DNA from: Macrostomum lignano
Taxonomy: Eukaryota
NCBI GenBank assembly: GCA_002269645.1
Contig: NIVC01002541.1
Span: 124,001-188,000, forward strand
Direction: 5' to 3'
DNA: 64,000 nucleotides
Shown here: piece after piece, positions 54,875 to 64,000 of the stretch
Layout: each line of letters starts with the position of its first letter
Position numbering within the stretch: the stretch's first letter is position 1
Program-made: the position numbers and the translations under genes
Notes under the pieces: model-generated
Told to the model about the DNA's origin: nothing
What the model saw: the letters and a program-made list of their open reading frames with translations, nothing else
Database searches by the model: none

Positions 54875-55845
54875 CACGCAGGGCAAACTCACCTGAAAGG
54901 TGACCCGCTGCAGCCGGATGACAATAAGCTGCACCAGCCGCACCATGGTGAGCCGGTGCTGAGGCTTGGCCAGCAACTCGGCCAGCCGGCCGGCGGGAAT
55001 TCGCAGCACGCGGCACTCGGACGAAGCCACAACGGCGCGCAAAGATTTGAGCTTAGGCGAAGAACCAGTGAGAACTTCTAAGAAGCTGAGCAGAGAACAG
55101 ATTGAGTGATGCTCGCCGAACTCGTGAAACTGCTGCTGCTGCTGCTGCTCCAGCAGGAGGAGTCGAACCCGGCCCCGCTGCACAATGTACAGATCCCCGT
55201 CGGCGTCGCCCAAATCAAAGAGAGTCTCGCCGTGGCGCAGCTGCACAATCTCCAGGCATTTGCACATCTCCAATAGAAACGATTTCTCCAATCCGTCGAA
55301 TATCCTGAGCGACCGCACGGCCAGGTAAAACTCGTTCAGCATGGGCGGCGGCCAGGCGGAGTCGTCGTCGGCATCCGTTGGCTCCAGGAAATAGTCCGGT
55401 ATGCCGTCCATCAGCGATTGCCGCTGCCTCAGCTGCTGCTGCTGCTGCTGCTGGTACCGCTGGCCGGGCCTGAGCAGCTGCATCAGCTCGGCGCCCTGCG
55501 GCAGGCGCGGCATTGTGGGCAAGTTTGGCGCCGCCTGCCGCATCACGCGGCGCAGCCAGTAGCTCAGACGGTCGCGCTTGCGAAACGCCGACCTGGACGG
55601 CTGCTGCATCAGCGACGGATTGCGAAGCCTCGACCGGCCAGCCAGCTGCGGCCGGCCAGAAGCCGGTGCCCCCTGCTGCGCCAGCGGCCGACCGGTCGAC
55701 CAGTAGCGCCGATAAAAGTACAGCAGCAGTAGGGCGCCGGACAGGGTCAGCAGAGCGGTGAGCACCAGGGCGTCCTGGCCCTGCCCCAGCTGGGGAATCA
55801 GCCGGATTGGGAACGGCTGCAGTTGTTGGGGCGGGGCTGCGGAGT
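45595..55845 (-). CDS. PNPLA6: Neuropathy target esterase / swiss cheese (PNPLA6/7): TM anchor, three cNMP-binding domains, patatin domain; about 1580 aa
   Basis: Exons 55845-54893, 54651-53943, 53544-53333, 52780-52496, 51562-51179, 50567-50192, 49163-49004, 48444-47733, 47104-46868, 46292-45595, all phase-consistent. Motifs [44 protein letters not shown]. One base is missing near 46082-46084. The start codon is not in the first listed exon. Confidence 0.94.
46420..46690 (+). repeat. Dispersed GACTC/GAGTC-rich repeat family, copy 2
   Basis: Shares GCGTCTAAAGCGCATCTGCGTC, GAATCGCATTTCA and GATGCCCTAGTGACTCAACA.TCGCCTCTCAGTCGCATTGCAGTCG with 51685-51985. Confidence 0.75.
47185..47650. repeat. 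30-bp minisatellite (AGGTAAGCTAATTGAGCTCCAGTGTCACAC), PNPLA6/7 intron
   Basis: Tandem units seen directly. Confidence 0.93.
48505..48875. repeat. About 39-bp G-rich minisatellite, PNPLA6/7 intron
   Basis: GGGGCAGAGGCTGGGGTAGGGGTTAATGTACATTTGG units. Confidence 0.9.
49253..50060 (+). mobile_element. Degenerate Penelope-like retroelement 3' fragment (GIY-YIG endonuclease) in a PNPLA6/7 intron, antisense to the host gene
   Basis: Translation [25 protein letters not shown]...VRL*AHLSDIR...ISRHF..NH...(frameshift) [17 protein letters not shown] matches the PLE endonuclease pattern (VVY-YVG, R..EH, HF, E..I..L.T..P.GLN). In-frame TAA at 49367-49369 and a frameshift near 49520. Confidence 0.8.
49962..49993 (+). 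ncRNA. Hammerhead ribozyme-like core, probably degenerate
   Basis: CTGACGA, then stem II GACCCG-gtt-CGGGTT, then GAAA, downstream of the PLE endonuclease. No convincing stem I found. Confidence 0.45.
50625..51170. repeat. About 48-bp minisatellite, PNPLA6/7 intron
   Basis: CTACCTCACTCATTCAGCAGCCTCTCAACCAGCTTGGCTTCCATAG units. Confidence 0.93.
51685..51985 (+). repeat. Dispersed GACTC/GAGTC-rich repeat family, copy 3
   Basis: Block matches to 46420-46690 and to the reverse complement of 18230-18610 (AGTAGA.AGTTAAGCGC). Confidence 0.75.
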
Positions 55846-55911
55846 CTGCGTGGATTCAGTTTGCCTAGCAACTAAATCTAATCTTAACTAGACAACCTTA
55901 TCTTAACTTGA

Positions 55912-56632
55912 TAGAGTAAGTGGAACACAAATCTCACCCCCATAGAGTAAGCGGAACTGAAATCTAAACCTCATAGAGTAAGCGGAACTGAAATCTAAAC
56001 CTCATGGAGTAAGCGGAACTGAAATCTCAACCCCATAGAGTAAGCGGAACTGAAATCTCACCCCCATAGAGTAAGCGGAACTGAAATCTCACCCCATAAG
56101 AGTAAACGGAACTGAAATCTCAACCCCATAGAGTAAGCGGAACTGAAATCTCACCCCATAGAGTAAGCGGAACTGAAATATCAACCCCATAGAGTAAGCG
56201 GAACTGAAATCTCACCCCATAGAGTAAGCGGAACTGAAATATCAACCCCATAGAGTAAGCGTAACTGAAATCTCACCCCATAAGAGTAAGCGGAACTGAA
56301 ATCTCAACCCCATAGAGTAAGCGGAACTGAAATCTCACCCCCATAGAGTAAGCGGAACTGAAATCTCAACCCCATAGAGTAAGCGGAACTGAAATCTCAA
56401 CTCGATAAAGTAAGCGGGACTGAAACCTCAACCCCATAGAGTAAGCAGAGCTCAAATCTAAACCTCATATTGTAAGCGGAACTGAAATCTGACCCCATAG
56501 AGTAAGCGGAACTGAAATCTGACCCCATAGAGTAAGCGGAACTGAAATCTGACCCCATAGAGTAAGCGGAACTGAAATCTGACCCCATAGAGTAAGCGGA
56601 ACTGAAATCTGACCCCATAGAGTAAGCGGAAC
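55912..56632. repeat. About 32-bp minisatellite (CCCCATAGAGTAAGCGGAACTGAAATCTCAA)
   Basis: Tandem units seen directly. Confidence 0.93.
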
Positions 56633-56999
56633 ATAACAATTTAGTACACTGGAACTACAGCAGTTAATAAAGATTTATTTAAGAAAAAAACAAAATTTTG
56701 AAACACAGCCAAAAATTTTCTGACAATTTCAATAGGTAGTGACAAAGCTTTGAAAAAAAGTTAAGTAAAATATCATATATAAGAAGCTAAATGAACCACA
56801 CATTATGGAATGTATAACACACACACACACACACACGATATTACGAGTACAATACAATAGGAAGCACATACGCGATATAAGAATTAGGTTAGTTGATTGA
56901 GATTATAACATTTTACTCGCCATTTAAGCTTATGGTAATCTACTCGCATCTCAATTGATCCAGTAAGCAATGACAACTGCTTACGGGGAAAAAGTCTAT

Positions 57000-57290
57000 T
57001 TGAGGCGTTTTATTGTCTGCGACTCTGCAATGCCTCTGGGACGCTTCTTTAATGCCTCTGGGGCGCTTCTATAATGACTCTGGGGCGCTTCTATAATGCC
57101 TCTGGGGCGCTTCTATAATGACTCTGGGGCGCTTCTATAATGCCTCTGGGGCGCTTCTATAATGCCTCTGGGGCGCTTCTATAATGACTCTGGGGCGCTT
57201 CTATAATGCCTCTGGGGCCGTAGAGTCCTAGCTTCCTAGCTGAAGCCTGCCAGAGTCGCTGTAGAATCACTGAGATGCGTCTAAAGGGAA
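57000..57290 (+). repeat. Dispersed GACTC/GAGTC-rich repeat family, copy 4, with an internal 22-bp tandem expansion
   Basis: GAGGCGTTTTATTGTCTGCGACTCTG, then (GCCTCTGGGGCGCTTCTATAAT)n at 57045-57215, then GAGTCGCTGTAGAATCACTGAGATGCGTCTAAAG. Confidence 0.7.
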
Positions 57291-57532
57291 CTTTTTGAAG
57301 CACTTTATGAAGATGATCGATGAAAAAGCAGTTTAGTTGTGGATGCCCATGTTCGGTACCATGCTGCAGGATCTACAAGTAACCACTGGACTAGCGAAAG
57401 CAGTTGCCATTGAGTGCTGTGTTTTGCCGCAGTGCATCAAGTGAGATGAACCTGCATAAGCTTAAACGGGACGCAAAAGTCTAAATTATTATTTTGTGAA
57501 AGACAGGCCCAGCAAAGCAAAGGAAAATTCAC

Positions 57533-57563
57533 TGGGAATCCAAGTCTCTGAAGAGAACGCCAT
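57533..57563 (-). CDS. Tentative first coding exon of PNPLA6/7 (MAFSSETWIP)
   Basis: aaaaATGG context followed after 31 nt by a GTGAAT donor. Phase 1 matches the acceptor at 55846. No homology support. Confidence 0.35.
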
Positions 57564-57804
57564 TTTTGATTGGCGAAAACAACGTGAACTGCGTGAGAAA
57601 ACTGTAAATAAAAATGACAAGATGCTATGGTAAGAACTGACATAGGCAGAGCTGGAAACCGAAGTCAGGACACTACGCATTAATACAATGGAGATGGAAA
57701 ATTTGAATGATTGAGATTTTTTGGATAGAAAGTGCAAAAGGTTAAGAATAGACAATGTTGGGAAGCTAAAAATTGGGATTCATGAATAGGGAAGACGGTA
57801 GGAT

Positions 57805-58322
57805 CTGTGGGTGGGGAACAGCAGAATGGGATCTGTGAGTGGGGAATAGAATGGGATCTGTGAGTGGGGAACAGAATGGGATCTGTGAGTGGGGAACAGA
57901 ATGGGATCTGTGAGTGGGGAACAGAATGGGATTTGAGTGGGGAACAGAATGGGATCTGTGAGTGGGGAACAGAATGGGATCTGTGAGTGGGGAACAGAAT
58001 GGGATCTGTGAGTGGGGAACAGAATGGGATTTGAGTGGGGAACAGAATGGGATCAGTGACTGGGGAACAGAGTGGGATCTGTGAGTGGGGAATAGAATGA
58101 GATCTGTGAGTGGGGAACAGAATGGGATCTGTGAGTGGGGAACAGAATGGGATCTGTGAGTGGGGAACAGAATGGGATCTGTGAGTAGGGAACAGAATGG
58201 GATCTGAGTGGGGAACAGAATGGGATCAGTGAGTGGGGAACACAATGGGATCTGTGAGTGGGGAACACAATGGGATCTGAGTGATCTGAGAATGGGATCT
58301 GAGTGGGGAACAGAATGGGATC
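57805..58322. repeat. 25-bp minisatellite (GAATGGGATCTGTGAGTGGGGAACA)
   Basis: Tandem units seen directly. Confidence 0.93.
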
Positions 58323-58408
58323 TTAATGTAAGAATAATGGGGTGTGTATAGAATTAGCTAGCGGAGGACATTGTCACCAACAAAAGCAGCTCATGCAGTC
58401 ACACCCAG

Positions 58409-61400
58409 TTACTCCCCAGCAACCAAGGCGGCGGCAGGCCTCCGACCGTAGACCAGCACGCACGGTACAGCGAAGGCGGCCTCGTCAAAGACCCGACTAT
58501 CAGCCGACAGGCAGTCGACTCTGCCGTCTTCCAAACGGTGCCATCGACAGGCGCCGGCGTCGCCATGGCGACTGCGAACGTAAACAACGTATTGCTGCTG
58601 AAAGCATCGATAGCGCCAGGCAACGGCCAGCAGATCGTAGCAGTCAGAAGCAGAAGCAGCAGAACCTTCTTCTCCGCTGATTAACGGCGAAAATCCTCGA
58701 ATTGGGAAGTCCAAAACGGCTGCCCGATGGTGGCGGCAGTCTGCAAGGCGAATCAGCAGGACTGGCGGCAGCGGAGGCCGCAGCCGCTGGCGTCGGATGG
58801 CCCGCTGGCCGAAAGCGCCGCAGGACGGGCACAGCCAGGCCTGGCGCCGGTCCAAGCCGCTGCCCGGCCGCCACAGCTCGGACAGGCAGTCGGACAGGCG
58901 GACGCGGTTGCGGCTACGGACGGGGCCGGACTGGCACCGACTGGCATCCCAGTTGAAGTCTTGGGCGGACTGCAGTTGGCGGTTGGAATAGGGGCTGCGC
59001 TATTTATTGAGTTGGGAGCTTAAACAGCCCAAATGATAATCCATGAACTATCAATAGTGGAGCTTGGACTGGAGTCCCAGATTCCTAACTCACAGACATG
59101 GACTATCAATAGTGGAGCTTGGACTGGAGTCCCAGATTCCTAACTCACAGACATGGACTATCAATAGTGGAGCTTGGACTGGAGTCCCAGATTCCTAACT
59201 CACAGACATGGACTATCAATAGTGGAGCTTGGACTGGAGTCCCAGATTCCTAACTCACAGACATGGACTATCAATAGTGGAGCTTGGACTGGAGTCCCAG
59301 ATTCCTAACTCACAGACATGGACTATCAATAGTGGAGCTTGGACTGGAGTCCCAGATTCCTAACTCATGGACTATCAATAGTAGAGCTTGGACTGGAATC
59401 CCAGATTACCAATCCATGGACTATCAATAGTAGAGCTTGGATTGGAGCCCCGATATCTCCGATATCTTAAATAAGTTAAATCAAGGTAAGGATCCAAAAA
59501 TGACCCCCATGACAGATGAGTCGACACAAACTCACCCAGGACCGAACCTGAAACCATTCAGGCCTGGGCGGCGGCGGCGGCGGCGGCACCAGCAGGTCGT
59601 CGGCATCTTCGGTGGCAGCCCTCGGCACCGCGGCGAAATACTCTATAGCAGCCGGGCCGCCGCTCGATTCCCAGGTGTCGTTGAGATTTGAAAACGTGAC
59701 AGCCCGACAGTCTGTCTGATAGAAATCGAACTGGCAGTGCTCAAACAGATTAGCTAGCTCAGTTTTCAAGCTATTTAACCTGTCATTTAGGCTGGACAAG
59801 CTCACAGCCAATGGGAAAGCTGGCAGGCTTCCTACAGCACTGTACGCTGCTGATGCCATGTACACAATAGCGAGAATGTGGTCGCGAGTTCGAATGCAAA
59901 ACTGGACTGGTTGGACCAGCTCGTAACAGTACATAGAATCCTCCTGGTGCGGTAGGCCTAAAAAGTACAGGGATAGAGTTTAAACGTGATTTGATCAATT
60001 ATGATCCCCGCAACAAAATCGGGGATTCTGATCCCAGCAGCACTATTTGGGATTTTGATCCCAGCAAAATTATTAGGAATTTTGATTCCAGCGAAATTAT
60101 TAAGGGATTTTGATCCCAGAAAAACTGGGGATTTTGATCCCAAACACTATTTACTGGGGATTTTGATCCCGACAAAACTACTGGGGATTTGAGCCCAACA
60201 AAACTACTGGGGATTTTGATCCCAACAAAACTACTGGGGATTTTGATCCCAACAAAACTACTGGGGCTGGGGATTTTGATTCCAACAAAACTACTGGGGC
60301 TGGGGATTTTGATTCCAACAAAACTACTGGGATTTTGATCCCAACAAAACTACTGGGGGTTTTGATCCCAACAAAACTACTGGGGATTTTGATCCCAACA
60401 AAACTATTGGGGATTTTGATCCCGACAAAACTACTGGGGATTTTGATCCCAACAAAACTACTGGGGATTTTGATCCCAACAAAACTACTGAGGGATTTTG
60501 ATCCCAACAAAACTACTGAGGGATTTTGATCCCAACAAAACTACTGAGGGATTTTGATCCCAACAAAACTACTGGGGATTTTGATCCCAACAAAACTACT
60601 GGGGATTTTGATCCCAACAAAACTACTGGGGATTTTGATCCCAACAAAACTACTGAGGGATTTTGATCCCAACAAAACTACTGGGGATTTTGATCCCAAC
60701 AAAACTACTGGGGATTTTGATCCCAACAAAACTACTGGGGATTTTGATCCCAACAAAACTACTGGGGATTTTGATCCCAACAAAACTACTGGGGATTTTG
60801 ATCCCAACAAAACTACTGAGGGATTTTGATCCCAACAAAACTACTGGGGATTTTGATCCCAACAAAACTACTGGGGATTTTGATCCCAACAAAACTAATG
60901 AGGGATTTTGATCCCGACAAAACTACTGGGGATTTTGATCCCATCAAAACTACTGAGGGATTTTGATCCCGACAAAACTACTGAGGGATTTTGATCCCAA
61001 CAAAACTACTGAGGGATTTTGATCCCAACAAAACTACTGGGGATTTTGATCCCAACAAAACTACTGGGGATTTTGATCCCAACAAAACTACTGGGGATTT
61101 TGATCCCAGCAACAATTTGAAAACAAAATAAAGTCTGCATTACCAGCATCTCACCATAGTCTGTGTACCAATCGTCCGCAGAGAACACCCTAGCCACTTT
61201 GCCGTCAGTCAGTTGAGCCAACAGCAGACAGTCGGAACGAATCTGGATAAGTGTACAAAAATCTCAGTTTTCTATTGGCAGTCAGTATATCAACTAATCT
61301 CATAACGCAACAGCTACTGACCTCAAATTTTGCCCCAATCAGGGCGCACAGATCGCCTGCTTGGCCAGCAGTCGGAGCGTCGATTCGACAGCGCGTCGGC

Positions 61401-63987
61401 TGATAGCGTCGCCCGGTTGCCAATGGCAACGCCGGCACCAGACAGAAATGAAACGGATGCAGATTGGCAGATGGCAACAGTGAGTCGGTCGGAGAGTTCA
61501 GGCTGAGCTGCACAAACGGCTGGCAAGCATCGGACTGGTGGCCGCACTCACAGCATTCGGTGACGCACTGCAGCTGACCTGTGAACAGATCCGACACCAG
61601 TGTGACCGCCGCCGCTTCAGCGTCTGCCTCTCTGGGCGGCTGTTTCTTGGAAGCCGAGTGTCCGGCGGCCAGCTCCACATGGAGGCCATTCAGCAGGCAA
61701 GCCAGGTAATCCTTTTTGGTAGTAATTACAGTTTGAAACTTTATAAGCTCGAAAGTCTTGTCTGCAACTCTCACTAGAGCAGAGGTTCACATTGTTTTAA
61801 ATATTTAAACTGTCCGTTATATACAGATAAAGGTAGATCTTGTGAAGGGTAGATCCGTGAAGGTTAGATCTTGTAAAGTTTCTATATTGTAAAGGTTAGA
61901 TCCTGAGAAGATCAGATCTTGTGAAGGTTAGATCCTGTGAAGTAGGATGGATCCTGTAAAGCGTAGATCCTGTGAAGGATAGATCCTGTGAAGGATAGAT
62001 CCTGTGAAGGATAGATCCTGTGAAGGATAGATCCTGTGAAGGATAGATCCTGTGAAGGATAGATCCTGTGAAGTAGGATGGATCCTGTAAAGCGTAGATC
62101 CTGTGAAGTAGGATGGATCCTGTAAAGCGTAGATCCTGTGAAGGATAGATCCTGTGAATGATAGATCCTGTGAATGATAGATCCTGTGAAGGATAGATCC
62201 TGTGAAGGATAGATCCTGTGAAGGATAGATCCTGTGAAGCATAGATCCTGTGAAGGATAGATCCTGTGAAGGATAGATCCTGTGAAGAATAGATCCTGTG
62301 AAGAATAGATCCTGTGAAGCATAGATCCTGTGAAGATCTTATGAAATCCTTCATCTGATTAAAGACTTTGCTTTTCACGGATATACTCATAAAACTTGGC
62401 ATTGCCACTTCTCGACACAATATAAAGGATCCAATTAAAGAGATTGATAGTAAGAATGATTGTTAACGAATATTCAAAAAGTAAGAATCAATACATTTTT
62501 GCAAATAAGACAATCATGGTTCTCGTAGGAACTGAGCCCAACTCACAACGCATTCCAAAGACGCAGCGACAGAGTCAACTCTGCTCAACTCTTCTTTCTG
62601 ATCAGCGCAAGCCGACATTGTAGCCCGCAATTGGCGCATTAAGATTCGCCTAACAGCTCTGGCCGACACAAACTCGTACAGGCCGGAGGTCATTGCGCGC
62701 AGCAGTTCGCAGGTTGCGTCAGTCAGTGGACGACGACGACGACCAGCGCCGTCGCCTGCTGCGAAGGTTTGAGATTGCCACTGCCGGAATTAGAGTTGCT
62801 AGACTTGGGCATACTGTATCAGCTTATATTCTCAGCAAGCAACCCTACCAGGCGGTAGGACGAGCAGCTGATCGACCAAGCGCGGCACGCCGCACAGCAG
62901 CTGTAGAGCGGCGTTCAAAGCGCCAGCATCGGCTCCAGGATTGGATAGGCCGCAACAGCAGCCTGCGGGGAAGCGCAGTCAGTGAGTCAGTGAGTCAGCT
63001 AGTTGCTGAGTTAGTGAGTCAGTGAGTTAGTCAGTGAGTCAGTGATTCAGTGAGTGAGTCAGTGAGTGAGTGAGTGAGTCAGTCAGTCAGTCAGTCAGTC
63101 AGTGAGTCAGTGAGTCAGTGAGTCAGTGAGTGAGTCAGTCAGTCAGTGAGTCAGTGAGTCAGTGAGTGAGTCAGTGAGTCAGTCAGTCAGTGAGTCAGTC
63201 AGTGAGTAGTCAGTGAGTCAGTGAGTCAGTGAGTGAGTCAGTGAGTCAGTCAGTCAGTGAGTCAGTCAGTCAGTGAGTCAGTCAGTGAGTAGTCAGTGAG
63301 TCAGTGAGTCAGTGAGTGAGTCAGTCAGTCAGTCAGTCAGTCAGTCAGTCAGTCAGTCAGTGAGTCAGTCAGTGAGTAGTCAGTGAGTCAGTGAGTCAGT
63401 GAGTCAGTCAGTGAGTCAGTCAGTCAATCAGTGAGTCAGTGAGTCAGTGAGTGAGTCAGTGAGTCAGTGAGTCAGTGAGTCAGTCAGTGAGTCAGTCAGT
63501 GAGTCAGTGAGTTAGTGAGTCAGTGAGTAATTTTTTTATTAGAGGCAGGGGGTTGTGTGCACCCTGGCGCACTTTAAGCGACATAGGCACACAACCGGCG
63601 AGAGGCATTACTGCCCATTCCGCCGACTCCCCTGAGCAGGCATACAAGCGCGTGGATACGTACGCAGGCACACACTCACACAGGAGTGTACAGCGGCCCT
63701 AACTTTATATTATCGTTAGGCATGTACACTTCACTGCGCCTTGGGGGGTTGGCTCTCAAGGCCGTTAATTGCACGAGCAGAGCCAAGCCGAGATTCCAAT
63801 TAAGCCCCAAATTAATGTGACTGCACTTGGAATCGAGCCTGGGTCGCTGGCACACCAGAGCAGCTGCGCTACCGCTGGGCTACGGCCCCCCTTGAGTCAG
63901 AGTGAGTGAGTGAGTGAGTGAGTGAGTGAGTGAGTGAGTCAGTCAGTCAGTCAGCCAGTCAGTAAACGCACAGCTAGCCTGGCTCAT
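58409..63987 (-). CDS. USP4/11/15-like ubiquitin-specific protease homologue with degenerate catalytic triad (candidate pseudo-DUB), about 610 aa
   Basis: Exons 63987-63972 (tentative, may extend past the window), 62962-62849, 62758-62547, 61711-61322, 61242-61155, 59957-59536, 58999-58409; total 1833 nt, open frame. USP boxes: GLSNPGADAGALNAALQ, DYLACLLNGLHVEL, SDLFTGQLQCVTECCECG..PFVQLSL, VRLSDCL..WLCPSC, LPPVLLIRL, LDFP, YDLLAV, WHRLEDGRV, VLVYGRR. Confidence 0.82.
59047..59440. repeat. 55-bp near-perfect tandem repeat, USP-like intron
   Basis: GGACTATCAATAGTGGAGCTTGGACTGGAGTCCCAGATTCCTAACTCACAGACAT units. Confidence 0.95.
60055..61108. repeat. 27-bp minisatellite (GGGATTTTGATCCCAACAAAACTACTG), USP-like intron
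   Basis: Tandem units, each with a GGGAT..ATCCC hairpin. Confidence 0.95.
61835..62338. repeat. 16-bp minisatellite (GTGAAGGATAGATCCT), USP-like intron
   Basis: Tandem units seen directly. Confidence 0.93.
62977..63962. repeat. (AGTC/AGTG)n array interrupted by the SINE at 63531-63891
   Basis: Direct inspection. Confidence 0.93.
63531..63891 (-). mobile_element. tRNA-derived SINE, about 360 bp
   Basis: The minus strand begins GGGGGGCCGTAGCCCAGCGGTAGCG (A box TAGCCCAGCGG) with B box GGCTCGATTCC, has a non-tRNA body, and ends in AATAAAAAAA. It sits inside an (AGTG/AGTC)n array. Confidence 0.8.
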
Positions 63988-64000
63988 AGCAGGCAGCGGC

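Noticed and set aside
59047-61108. CRISPR-like appearance of the 55-bp and palindromic 27-bp arrays
   Set aside because: Head-to-tail repeats with no unique spacers, eukaryotic intronic context, no cas genes.
63825-63891. Possible tRNA gene
   Set aside because: A and B boxes are present but there is no acceptor-stem pairing; it continues into a body and A tail, so it is called a SINE.

Overview
Eukaryotic genomic DNA with GC-rich exons and introns packed with micro- and minisatellites. The style suggests a free-living flatworm such as Macrostomum, but this is an inference from composition, not a verified assignment. Eight spliced protein-coding genes were reconstructed by hand from splice sites and reading-frame phase. 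Plus strand: the 3' part of a discoidin-domain receptor tyrosine kinase (DDR) and a RING-coiled-coil-NHL protein with no visible B-box and a myristoylation-like N-terminus. Minus strand: L-threonine 3-dehydrogenase (TDH), a Src42A/FRK-type kinase, PGAM5, PRELID1/Ups1, NTE/swiss-cheese (PNPLA6/7), and a USP4/11/15-like protein with an intact reading frame whose catalytic Cys, His and Asp all appear replaced (candidate pseudo-deubiquitinase, the most interesting item). Three genes each need exactly one extra base to stay in frame, which points to assembly deletion errors. Also present: a degenerate Penelope-like GIY-YIG fragment with a hammerhead-like core, a tRNA-derived SINE, a hAT-like MITE, a second inverted-repeat element, a four-copy dispersed repeat, about 40 tandem arrays and a 1.5 kb (TATC)n tract. 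Repeat boundaries are approximate and no database searches were run.
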